From Candidatus Nomurabacteria bacterium (GTDB lineage Bacteria > Patescibacteriota > Minisyncoccia > Phycocordibacterales > UBA9973): 64,000 nucleotides of DNA. Below the pieces are notes generated by a model that saw only the letters and a program-made list of their open reading frames with translations, was not told the DNA's origin and did not search any database. The DNA is taken from positions 9,462-73,461 of the forward strand of contig JAHFNO010000005.1 in assembly GCA_023267275.1 (NCBI GenBank), in the 5' to 3' direction. Every line of letters starts with the position of its first letter. Within the stretch, counting starts at the first letter, position 1. Made by a program: the position numbers and the translations under genes. This document shows positions 46,298 through 55,334 of this stretch, piece after piece.

Positions 46298-46875
46298 TTG
46301 ATGTTGAAATCAAAGGTCCCGTTGCAAAAAAAGAATATGAAAAATTAAAAAAGACTCTCGAGACGGCGGGAGAGAATATTTTTATCGAGGAGCAAGTAAT
46401 TGTTTCGTACACTGACCGCGGATTCAACAATCGCGCTGTTCGTCTTGAACACAAGAATGACAAAGTAGTGCTATTTGTTGAGACAGGGAAGATTGGCGAG
46501 CGTAAAGAAATTGTTGTTCCACTCGCGCGAGAATCTTTTTCTGCCGGTATTGCCATGCTCGCCGAGCTTGGGTATAAGAAGGCGACGGTTTCAAACCAGG
46601 AAGTTTTTTCTGCTGAATACGGCGGAGCACTTTTTTCACTCTTCGATCCAGATGAAGAAACATTTTATTACGAAGCATCAATTTCTGCAGGAAGCCCCGA
46701 TCAGGTAAAAGAGGCAAAGAAAAAATTGGAAAAGCTCGCACGCAATTTTAAACTTCCTATGTGGAGCCCGCTCGACATGCTCGAATTCAATCGAAAATTA
46801 AGCGAAAAAATGAATTTCAAGTATGATTATGATGTGGATGGTGCAGAGTATTTTAGGAACAGATTTATGATATAA
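46294..46875 (+). CDS. CYTH-domain protein (CyaB/thiamine-triphosphatase-like), tentative
   Basis: MIDVEIKGPV start resembles the CYTH EIERKF N-terminus; alternating charged beta-strand pattern. Overlaps tmk stop by 4 nt. Confidence 0.45.
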   Translation: MIDVEIKGPVAKKEYEKLKKTLETAGENIFIEEQVIVSYTDRGFNNRAVRLEHKNDKVVLFVETGKIGERKEIVVPLARESFSAGIAMLAELGYKKATVSNQEVFSAEYGGALFSLFDPDEETFYYEASISAGSPDQVKEAKKKLEKLARNFKLPMWSPLDMLEFNRKLSEKMNFKYDYDVDGAEYFRNRFMI

Positions 46876-46946
46876 GATTTAAGAATCAAGAAAATATGTG
46901 TATAGCACTTTACGACAGCTGTCGTAAAGTGCTATACGAAAAATGC

Positions 46947-47369
46947 ATGAAAATCAAAGTTAAAAAATTGAAAGATGGTGCAAAATTGCCCAAGTATCAC
47001 ATGCCAGGGGATGTGGGTATGGATATGTATGCAATGGAGACCGTGACTATTCCACCGATGGGACACGTACGTTTGTGGCATGGCTTCGCACTTGAATTCG
47101 ATGCTGGTTTTGCGGCTATTGTGAAAGACAAATCAAGTATCTCGAAGGCAGGATTGCATACAATGGGAGGAGTTTTTGATGCCGGGTATCGAGGTGAATA
47201 CAATACACATCTCGTAAATCTGGGAAGCGAGCCATATACCGTAGAAGCTGGAGATAAGGTGGCTCAGCTTATTATCTACCCAGTCGTCATTGCAGATCTT
47301 GAAGAAACTGATACATTGAGTGAGTCGGAGCGAGGAGACAAAGGCTTCGGCTCGACAGGAAAGAAATAA
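46947..47369 (+). CDS. dut: dUTP diphosphatase
   Basis: GDVGMDMYA, GFALEF, GGVFDAGYRGE, ERGDKGFGSTG: the five dUTPase motifs. Confidence 0.9.
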   Translation: MKIKVKKLKDGAKLPKYHMPGDVGMDMYAMETVTIPPMGHVRLWHGFALEFDAGFAAIVKDKSSISKAGLHTMGGVFDAGYRGEYNTHLVNLGSEPYTVEAGDKVAQLIIYPVVIADLEETDTLSESERGDKGFGSTGKK

Positions 47370-47372
47370 CAT

Positions 47373-47445
47373 TTTGTGTCATCCTGAACTTGTTTCAGGA
47401 TCTAGTATCAAACTCGTGGATGCTGAAATAAATTCAGCATGACAC
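47373..47445. repeat. REP-like hairpin pair
   Basis: gtgtcatcctgaa-cttgt-ttcaggatc and gatgctgaa-ataaa-ttcagcatgacacaatac. Confidence 0.55.
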
Positions 47446-47467
47446 AATACGTAATACAAAAATATAA

Positions 47468-49183
47468 ATGAAATCGAAACTCGAAAAAATAATTAAAGAA
47501 TCACTCAAAAATCTTGGCATCGAAGCTGAGACTATTGTGCTTGAACATCCAGCTGAAATCGCCAATGGTGATTATTCTACGAGTGCTGCTTTGTCGCATG
47601 CGAAAGTGATGCAATCAAATCCTCGCGCGCTCGCAGAAAAGATTGTTGCTGAAATTGAAAAAAATAAGCCGGCCGAAATTGAAAAGATTGAAATCGCCGG
47701 ACCCGGATTTATCAACTTCTATCTTTCAAAAGATTTTTTTGCGTCACAAATACAAGCAATCGACTCAAACAACAATTGGGGAAGCAATGCATTATCTGCC
47801 GGCAAAAAAGTGATGGTGGAATACACCGACCCAAATCCATTCAAGCCATTTCATATTGGTCATTTGATGACAAATGCAATCGGCGAATCCGTTGCGCGTA
47901 TTTTTGAATACTCAGGCGCAGAAGTTGTTCGTGCAAACTATCAAGGTGATGTGGGTTTGCATGTGGCAAAGGCTATCTGGGCAATGCTCAAAAATGGAAA
48001 AGGGGATACAACTCTTTCTGTAGAGACACAGGCTGAATATATTGGAAAGTGTTATACCGAAGCATCGGAAGCATACGAAAATGACGAAAATGCAAAAGCA
48101 GAAATCGATGCAATCAATAAAAAAGTATATGAACGCAGTGATAGAGATATAAATGTCATCTATGATTGGGGTAGAGCAGTCACACTCGAAGCCTTTGAAA
48201 CTATTTATAAAACACTCGGTACTAAATTCAATCCAAACTGCTATTTCTTTGAGAGTGTCATGGCGCCAATTGGCAAAAAGATTGTTGAAGAAAATATTGG
48301 CAAAGTATTTACTGAATCCGACGGAGCGATTGTGTTTAAAGCTGAAGAGCTTGATCCGAAATTGCACACTCGCGTATTTATTACCAAGCAAGGATTGCCA
48401 ACATATGAGACTAAAGAGATTGGTCTTACGGTAACAAAGTTTACTCAGGAAAATCCTGATACTTCTATTGTGGTGACAGCTATTGAACAGGGTCCATACA
48501 TGGAAGTAGTACAAAAAGCACTTTCACTTATTCATCCCGAATACGAATCTCGAATGAAGCATGTCACCCACGGCATGATGCGTTTTGCTTCTGGAAAAAT
48601 GAGTTCACGAAAAGGTAATGTCATTACTGGTGAATCGCTTCTCTCTGATGCGTATGCTTTGGTATACGAAAGACTTGCCGAACGCGAACTCAACGACGAA
48701 CAAAAGAAAGTTATCGCACGAGAAATCGGCGTGGCTTCTATCAAGTATGCCATTTTGAAACAAGCACTCGGCGGAAATATTATTTACGATCAAGAAAAAT
48801 CAGTTTCGTTTGAAGGTGATTCCGGTCCATACTTGCAGTACACGGCAGTGCGAGCGCAGTCAGTACTTGAAAAAGCAAAAGCATTTGGACTTTCAACTTT
48901 CAACTTTACACTTTCGACTTCTTTCGAGACTACAGGTCTCGAAAGGTATTTGTACCGATTCCCAGAGGTTGTTGAACATGCACATGAAAAATTGGAACCA
49001 CATCATATTGCGCAATATCTTTTGGAACTTGCCTCGGCATTTAATTCTTTTTACACAATGGGAAAAATTGTTGATGGAAGCGACACAACTTCACCATACA
49101 AACTCGCCCTCACTGAAGCATTTGTAAAAACAATGAAAAATGGTTTGTATTTGCTTGGTATTGAAGTGCCAAACAAGATGTAA
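47468..49183 (+). CDS. argS: Arginine--tRNA ligase
   Basis: N-terminal add-1 domain, PFHIGHLMTNAIG (HIGH), GKMSSRKG (KMSKS-like), C-terminal DALR anticodon-binding region. Confidence 0.95.
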   Translation: MKSKLEKIIKESLKNLGIEAETIVLEHPAEIANGDYSTSAALSHAKVMQSNPRALAEKIVAEIEKNKPAEIEKIEIAGPGFINFYLSKDFFASQIQAIDSNNNWGSNALSAGKKVMVEYTDPNPFKPFHIGHLMTNAIGESVARIFEYSGAEVVRANYQGDVGLHVAKAIWAMLKNGKGDTTLSVETQAEYIGKCYTEASEAYENDENAKAEIDAINKKVYERSDRDINVIYDWGRAVTLEAFETIYKTLGTKFNPNCYFFESVMAPIGKKIVEENIGKVFTESDGAIVFKAEELDPKLHTRVFITKQGLPTYETKEIGLTVTKFTQENPDTSIVVTAIEQGPYMEVVQKALSLIHPEYESRMKHVTHGMMRFASGKMSSRKGNVITGESLLSDAYALVYERLAERELNDEQKKVIAREIGVASIKYAILKQALGGNIIYDQEKSVSFEGDSGPYLQYTAVRAQSVLEKAKAFGLSTFNFTLSTSFETTGLERYLYRFPEVVEHAHEKLEPHHIAQYLLELASAFNSFYTMGKIVDGSDTTSPYKLALTEAFVKTMKNGLYLLGIEVPNKM

Positions 49184-49679
49184 CCTAGCAAGGTTACTCT
49201 TGGAGTATAAATTTAGCAAAATCACCTACTGGGTAGCCATCTTGTAGGTTTTTGCTGTTTGGTTTTAGGTTTTAGGAAATACAAAAAACCGGCCTCCATG
49301 GAAGACCGGTTAATAAAATGAAAGGCAAATCACGCACAATGCCGCGGCGCTAATGTGCGATTGGTGATTTACACTTCCGCGCGTACGATACGATGTTTTT
49401 TGCGATAAAAGCAGCCGTTCGCTCCGCCTTTAAGGAATTAAAGCATCTTGCTTAACATATTAATCACTCTCGTTTGAAAGTCAATCCTTGATAAATAAAA
49501 AATGGGTAAATAAAAAACCGGCTCTTTTGGAACCGGTAAGATGCATAAGGTGGGAATAAAAAAGAAGAATTATGGAAACTTAAAAAATGGTTGCTGAGAG
49601 CATCTTTGGTACAAGGATATTCCTTAATTATTCATCCGTCAAACGCTTTACATAAAATGATAATTTAGTATTATAAACG

Positions 49680-50065
49680 CAGAAGCGATGAAGGGGCCCC
49701 GTCCGAGTAATCTGGGCAGGCATCACCCCTTCGCCCGCCTCACTTTGTGAGTCAGGCAAGCTTTGGGAAGAAATGTTTGACGATAACCTTAAACTTATCA
49801 GTCGGGCACGTAGAGCCCTGTAAATAAGGTGATTTGTATTTTTGAATTTTCTTCCCCTCCTTGACGAGGAGGGGATAAAGGGGAGGTGATTTGAATTCAT
49901 AGTCACCCCTCCTCAATCCTCCCCTCAATAAGGGGAGGAAGAATACAAATACAAACACGAAACAAGGTGGTACCACGATTTCTTGTATAAAAAAGAAACC
50001 CGTCCTTGCAACTATGACTTAACTTGTCGTAGTGCGAGGACGGGATTTTTAATTATTTCACTGGA
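49680..50065 (+). ncRNA. T-box riboswitch leader of ileS, apparent Ile (AUC) specifier
   Basis: AAACAAGGTGGTACCACG matches the T-box consensus AANNNGGGTGGNACCGCG. Followed by the terminator aaacccgtccttgc...gcgaggacggg + ttttt directly upstream of ileS. Candidate specifier ggcAUCAcc in a 5' stem; TTTACA-N17-TATTAT promoter near 49637. Confidence 0.6.
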
Positions 50066-50261
50066 GAATTTTTGATAATTATTTTATAAAACAAAATAAA
50101 TATCGGAGTTGTTAATACGCAAGCAAGCAAAAATTTATTGTTACCACTTATGTTGAGTGTGTTAACAAAAGGTGCAAGCCATTTAATTTCAATAAATACA
50201 AGTAATAATAAACTGAGTCGCATAAAAATAAGTTTTCTTCACATTATCATAAATAAAGTAT

Positions 50262-53200
50262 TTGTCAAATATGGAAAACACAGAACAAAAAAAATCAGCA
50301 TCGGCAGAACGTGAAGAAAAAGTTCTTTCTTTTTGGAAGGAGAACAATGTTTTCGAGGAATCGCTCAAGAAAGAATCACCGAAAGGCGAGTTCGTGTTTT
50401 TTGAAGGTCCGCCAACAGCAAACGGAAAACCCGGCATTCACCATCTTGAAGCGCGCGCATTCAAGGATGCAATTCCTCGTTACAAAACCATGCAGGGATT
50501 TCATGTTCGCCGAAAAGGGGGGTGGGATACACACGGACTTCCTGTGGAGCTTCAAGTAGAAAAAGCACTCGGACTCAATTCGAAAAAGGCGATTGAGGAA
50601 TATGGTATTGAAAAATTCAACGAACAGTGTAAAGAATCTGTCTGGCAATATCTTTCCGTTTGGGAAAAATTCACCGACCGTATCGGATATTGGGTGGATC
50701 AAAAAAATCCGTACGTAACCTATCACAACGATTATATTGAATCTGTTTGGAACGTACTCAAAAAAGTAAATGATCAAGGTCTTGTATACAAAGACTATCG
50801 CATTGTGCCGTGGTGCCCGCGTTGTGGAACTGCGCTTTCTTCACACGAGCTTGCTCAGGGATATCAGGACGACCGTGACTTGTCGGTCACGGCCAAGTTT
50901 AAAGTCATAAAGTCGAAAGTCGAAAGTCCGGAAAATACATACATTCTCGCTTGGACTACTACGCCGTGGACACTGCCGGGGAATGTCGCGCTTGCAGTGA
51001 ATAGCAGTATACAGTATGCGGTATACAGTATTCAGTATGAAAATGGAAACAAAGAAAATCTTATTCTTGCAAAAGATCTTGCTGAAAAAGTTCTTGTCGG
51101 ACAAAAATATGAAGTTGTAAAAGAAATATCGGGCGAAGAATTGGTTGGTATTGAATACGAGCCTTTGTATCCATTTCTTTCTAAACTCCTAGAGCCTAAT
51201 AAACTAGCGCCTGCATTTAAGGTATATGCTGCAGATTTTGTAACCACGACAGATGGAACCGGAGTAGTGCACACCGCTGTCATGTATGGAGCTGACGACT
51301 TCGAACTTGGTACAAAGCTCGGTCTTCCAAAAGTTCATACGGTCAATCCGGACGGAACATTCATGTCGAATATGGATTTTTTGTCGAACCGATTTGTAAA
51401 AGACGAAGATGTAGCTGTCGATATCATTAAAGACCTCGCGCATCGCGGACTTTTGTTTAAGAAAGAAAAATACGAACACTCATATCCTCATTGTTGGCGT
51501 TGTAAAACTCCGCTCATTTATTACGCGCGAGATTCTTGGTATATCCGCATGAGTGATGGAAAAATAAAGGAGCAACTCATCGAAGAAAACAAAAAAATAA
51601 ACTGGGAGCCAAATTATATTCGTGACGGTCGCTTTGGTGAATGGCTCAAAGACATCAAAGATTGGGCGATTTCCCGTGAGCGTTATTGGGGAACACCGCT
51701 ACCTATCTGGATGACGGAATCTGGGAAAATCGAAGTACTCGGTTCTCTCGCAGAAATTCGCGCAAAGACAAAAAAGTCTGGCAACACGTATTATGTTGTT
51801 CGACACGGACAAGCCGACCACAACCTCACCGGCATGGCGAGCTCAAGTCCCGATGAACCAGTACATCTCACTGAGCTCGGTAAACAACAAGTTGCAGCTC
51901 AAATTCCAAAGCTCAAAGAGTCTGGTGTTGATTTGATTATTTCTTCACCGTTTATTCGTACGCGCGAAACCGCAGAAATTCTTCGTGATGGAATCGACGG
52001 CGGTATTGAACTCATGTTTGATGAGCGTCTTCGTGAAATGGATATTGGTGTATACAACAAGGGAACATGGCAAAAATATCACGATGATTTTCCAAAGACC
52101 GTAGAAAATTTTGATAAAGCTCCAGAGGGTGGGGAATCGTATCAGACAGTCAAAAACTGGATGATGGATTTTATGCACGATGTGGAAATAAAATATCAAA
52201 ACAAAAAAATTCTTATTGTGACGCACGGTGGCCCCGCATGGCTTTTGATGGCTGGAATACAAGGACTTGATGCCGAACAATCGCTTGAAATGATTCGCGA
52301 TAAAAAAGATTTTCATTATTTCCAGAATGCCGAAGTGCGTGAAGTACCCTATGTTCCATTTCCTCACAACGAACGTTGGGAGCTCGATGTGCATCGTCCA
52401 TATATCGACCAGATACAGCTTGTATCAGAAACTGGCGAACCAATGACACGTGTGAAAGAAGTGATGGATGTCTGGTTTGATTCAGGTGCGATGCCGTTTG
52501 CACAAGATTATTATCCGTTTGAAAACAAGGCACTTGTTGATGGTGCTGGATATCCTGCCGACTTTATTTGTGAAGCTATCGACCAGACTCGAGGATGGTT
52601 TTATACACTGCACGCAGTGGGAGTGTTGATGGGGCGCGGCCTCGCATACAAAAATGTTATTTGTCTTGGACATATTCTCGACAAGGAAGGAAAGAAGATG
52701 AGTAAGTCACTCGGCAACATTGTCGATCCATGGGAGATGATTGAAAAATATGGTGTAGATACACTTCGTCTTTGGATGTATTCGGTCAATCAGCCAGGTG
52801 AATCAAAAAACTTTGACGAAAAAACAGTCGCTGAATTGCACAACAAAGTATTCAATCTTTTGTATAACGTTTTAGCTTTTTATGAATTGTATCGTGACAC
52901 AAATCTCGAATCTCAAATCTTGAATCACGAATCAAGTGGTACAGGATACAAGATACAAGATTCAAGCAACGTTCTCGATCAATGGATTGTTGCGCGACTC
53001 GGACAACTCACTGCAACAATGACGGAAAATCTTGATGCATATAAATTGCTTGAGCCAGTACGTGCACTTCGAGAATTCATCGACGACCTTTCGACATGGT
53101 ATGTACGCCGCAGTCGCGATCGAATGAAGGCTAATCCGCGAAACGCGGACGCCCGATCTAGCGAAGCTGGATTTAGGGATGGTGATGTTGAAGCAAAGCA

Positions 53201-53804
53201 GACACTGTATTTTGTATTGAAAACAATCGCAAAATTGATGGCACCATTTGCACCATTTGCTGCGGAAGATATCTGGCAGAAATTGAAGAGAGAGGGAGAT
53301 GAGGCAAGTGTGCATTATACAAAGTGGCCGCAGGAACAGGTTCTAGGTTCTAGTGGTAAGGTTCTAGAAGAAATGGAAGTGGTCAGAAAAATCGTTACTC
53401 TTGGTATGGAAGCGCGACAGAAAGCTAAAATCCCAGTACGACAACCACTCAACGAGTTGAAAGTTGAAAGTGGAAAGTTGAAAGAAGAATACATTCAAAT
53501 CTTGAAAGATGAATTGAATGTAAAGAGTATTTCCCAAACACCAAACACCAACCAGCAAGAAGCTAGTGTTGTACTCAACACTGAAATTACTCCCGAGCTT
53601 AAGCGCGAAGGAGAATACCGCGAGCTTGTTCGTGCTATTCAAGATATGCGCAAGAAACAAGGACTTACTCCAAGTGATGTAATCAGCCTTACTCTTCCAG
53701 AAAATACAAAGGAAACGATTGTTGGTTTTGAAGACGAATTGAAAAAAACAGTTCTTGCACAAACGATTGCTTTCAGTGGTGAAGAGATACTTGTACAGAA
53801 ATAA
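50262..53804 (+). CDS. ileS: Isoleucine--tRNA ligase carrying an internal histidine-phosphatase (PGAM-like) domain insertion
   Basis: HIGH-type PTANGKPGIHH, editing domain TTPWTLPGN, KMSKS; about 1180 aa. A ~200-aa insertion with YVVRHGQADHN...SSPFIRTRETAEIL...ILIVTHGG sits between WGTPLPIW and DVWFDSGAMP at ~51780-52330. Confidence 0.9.
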   Translation: MSNMENTEQKKSASAEREEKVLSFWKENNVFEESLKKESPKGEFVFFEGPPTANGKPGIHHLEARAFKDAIPRYKTMQGFHVRRKGGWDTHGLPVELQVEKALGLNSKKAIEEYGIEKFNEQCKESVWQYLSVWEKFTDRIGYWVDQKNPYVTYHNDYIESVWNVLKKVNDQGLVYKDYRIVPWCPRCGTALSSHELAQGYQDDRDLSVTAKFKVIKSKVESPENTYILAWTTTPWTLPGNVALAVNSSIQYAVYSIQYENGNKENLILAKDLAEKVLVGQKYEVVKEISGEELVGIEYEPLYPFLSKLLEPNKLAPAFKVYAADFVTTTDGTGVVHTAVMYGADDFELGTKLGLPKVHTVNPDGTFMSNMDFLSNRFVKDEDVAVDIIKDLAHRGLLFKKEKYEHSYPHCWRCKTPLIYYARDSWYIRMSDGKIKEQLIEENKKINWEPNYIRDGRFGEWLKDIKDWAISRERYWGTPLPIWMTESGKIEVLGSLAEIRAKTKKSGNTYYVVRHGQADHNLTGMASSSPDEPVHLTELGKQQVAAQIPKLKESGVDLIISSPFIRTRETAEILRDGIDGGIELMFDERLREMDIGVYNKGTWQKYHDDFPKTVENFDKAPEGGESYQTVKNWMMDFMHDVEIKYQNKKILIVTHGGPAWLLMAGIQGLDAEQSLEMIRDKKDFHYFQNAEVREVPYVPFPHNERWELDVHRPYIDQIQLVSETGEPMTRVKEVMDVWFDSGAMPFAQDYYPFENKALVDGAGYPADFICEAIDQTRGWFYTLHAVGVLMGRGLAYKNVICLGHILDKEGKKMSKSLGNIVDPWEMIEKYGVDTLRLWMYSVNQPGESKNFDEKTVAELHNKVFNLLYNVLAFYELYRDTNLESQILNHESSGTGYKIQDSSNVLDQWIVARLGQLTATMTENLDAYKLLEPVRALREFIDDLSTWYVRRSRDRMKANPRNADARSSEAGFRDGDVEAKQTLYFVLKTIAKLMAPFAPFAAEDIWQKLKREGDEASVHYTKWPQEQVLGSSGKVLEEMEVVRKIVTLGMEARQKAKIPVRQPLNELKVESGKLKEEYIQILKDELNVKSISQTPNTNQQEASVVLNTEITPELKREGEYRELVRAIQDMRKKQGLTPSDVISLTLPENTKETIVGFEDELKKTVLAQTIAFSGEEILVQK

Positions 53805-53806
53805 CT

Positions 53807-54430
53807 ATGGAAAAGAAAAAATTGGTTATCTTTGATTTTGATGGAGTACTCGTAAATACGACCGATCTCACTTTTGCTCTTCATAAAAAAGCCAATCCCG
53901 GTTTTACAAAAGAAATTTTTCAGTCATTTGAGGAAGGTAATTTTCATGAAAATTACTGGAAGGCAGTAGAGGAAGGAAGACATGTTCATCCAGAAAGATT
54001 TTTTGAAGATTATGGTGATGGAATCATTCATCTTTCAACACACGATGTAATCAATCATCTCATTACCGATCTTTTCCAAAAATATGAATTGATAGTATGT
54101 TCTTCAATGGAAAGCAGATATATCGACAAGAAGCTTACTAGTGAAAATATTCGAAATAATTTTTCTGAAATTCTCGGGATGGATGTACACCGTAGTAAAG
54201 TTGTAAAAATAAACAAAGCATTACATGAACGCGGTATTTTGCCTACCGATGCTATTTTTATTACTGATACCATTGGTGATATTCGTGAAGGGAGAGAATG
54301 CGGAGTATCGTCAATCGGAGTCACTTGGGGAATGCAAAACAGGACAAAGCTCGAAAGCGAGAATCCATTTGCTGTAGTAGACACCGTACAGGATTTAGAG
54401 CAGGCAATAGAACGATTCTTCCTACATTAA
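53807..54430 (+). CDS. HAD-superfamily hydrolase
   Basis: LVIFDFDGVLVNT (motif I DxDG), ITDTIGDIREGRECG (motif IV). Confidence 0.8.
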   Translation: MEKKKLVIFDFDGVLVNTTDLTFALHKKANPGFTKEIFQSFEEGNFHENYWKAVEEGRHVHPERFFEDYGDGIIHLSTHDVINHLITDLFQKYELIVCSSMESRYIDKKLTSENIRNNFSEILGMDVHRSKVVKINKALHERGILPTDAIFITDTIGDIREGRECGVSSIGVTWGMQNRTKLESENPFAVVDTVQDLEQAIERFFLH

Positions 54431-54452
54431 TTTCTCTCCCTCTTTTTTGTGT

Positions 54453-54535
54453 CATTCCCGGCTAGACCGGGAATCCAGGCTAATAAATATAATGAGAACA
54501 TGGATCCTGAATCAAGTTCAGGATGACCCAATACA
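54453..54535. repeat. Composite REP-like hairpin pair, second copy of the 25.85-kb composite
   Basis: gtcattcccggctagaccgggaatccaggc ... ggatcctgaatcaagttcaggatgacccaatac. Confidence 0.65.
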
Positions 54536-54611
54536 GAGTTACTTAAGGGGTGGTGCATTTCCTAGAACCTAGAAACTAGAACCTTTCCCTCACTTCCTTT
54601 ATAATGGATAT

Positions 54612-55193
54612 ATGTTTGATAAACATCAACGTATTCGTATAGGGCAGGAGATTATGCGTGACCATTTTGTGCAGATTGGTGACACCACCGAGATTTTTCT
54701 CGGTGCACTAAAAGGCTTTCGACGCGACCTCGCTCTTTCTTCAAAGGCAACATTCGGAAATATTCGCGGAGAATTTATTGAAACCGCCACGATTATTGCT
54801 GTGCCTCCGCTCTCCGACGGAATGAGTCTTTCCAACTTGAGTGCAATGCTCACACTCTGCACGCAGGCTTTTTTTGGGACAATCGCCATCGATATTCCGG
54901 AGACAATGACAGAAGAGGAAAAGAACTATTTTTTGGAAGAGCTTGATGTCACACATACAAATCTTATGGCTGTATCTGAAACTGCAACACAGTTGTATCA
55001 ATCTATAAAAGAAACTGGTTTTGATTTTGATGTATTCAACACTGAAAATATTGAAAACGAACACACGGAATGCAATATTTTGTTCAATCGTGACGCCCTC
55101 AATCTCGCAATGGAAACCGCGCGAGCGCTTGCCGAACGTGCGGTACGACTCGATATTGATTTAATGGAAAGCCGTGAATCACTAGAACAATAG
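54612..55193 (+). CDS. Hypothetical protein; stop codon lies inside the 8-bp tandem array
   Basis: 193-aa ORF with no recognised domain. Ends ...SLEQ with its TAG at 55191-55193 inside the repeat. Confidence 0.5.
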   Translation: MFDKHQRIRIGQEIMRDHFVQIGDTTEIFLGALKGFRRDLALSSKATFGNIRGEFIETATIIAVPPLSDGMSLSNLSAMLTLCTQAFFGTIAIDIPETMTEEEKNYFLEELDVTHTNLMAVSETATQLYQSIKETGFDFDVFNTENIENEHTECNILFNRDALNLAMETARALAERAVRLDIDLMESRESLEQ

Positions 55194-55322
55194 AACACTA
55201 GAACAATAGAACAATAGAACAATAGAACAATAGAACAATAGAACAATAGAACAATAGAACACTAGAACAATAGAACAATAGAACACTAGAACACTAGAAC
55301 AATAGAACACTAGAACAATAAA
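55181..55322. repeat. Tandem array of about 17 copies of the 8-bp unit (A/C)(A/C)TAGAAC
   Basis: actagaac aatagaac actagaac aatagaac x7 ... read directly from 55181 to ~55322. Lies between the hypothetical gene and the YdeN-like gene. Confidence 0.9.
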
Positions 55323-55334
55323 ACAAAAAAACAT

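Noticed and set aside
47912-48514. 200-aa minus-strand ORF inside argS
   Set aside because: Antisense to ArgRS with intact HIGH/KMSKS motifs.
49680-49760. RNase P RNA P4-like similarity (cGTCCGAGtaatctGGGCAGG vs GTCCGGGCTCCATAGGGCAGG)
   Set aside because: The region lacks other universal RNase P elements (ACAGARA, P4 3' strand) and is far too short. The downstream GGTGGTACCACG antiterminator plus terminator in front of ileS explains it as a T-box leader.
55181-55322. CRISPR array
   Set aside because: The unit is only 8 bp with no spacers and no cas genes nearby (the Cas2-like domain at 37.9 kb is part of a wHTH regulator-like protein). It is a simple tandem repeat.
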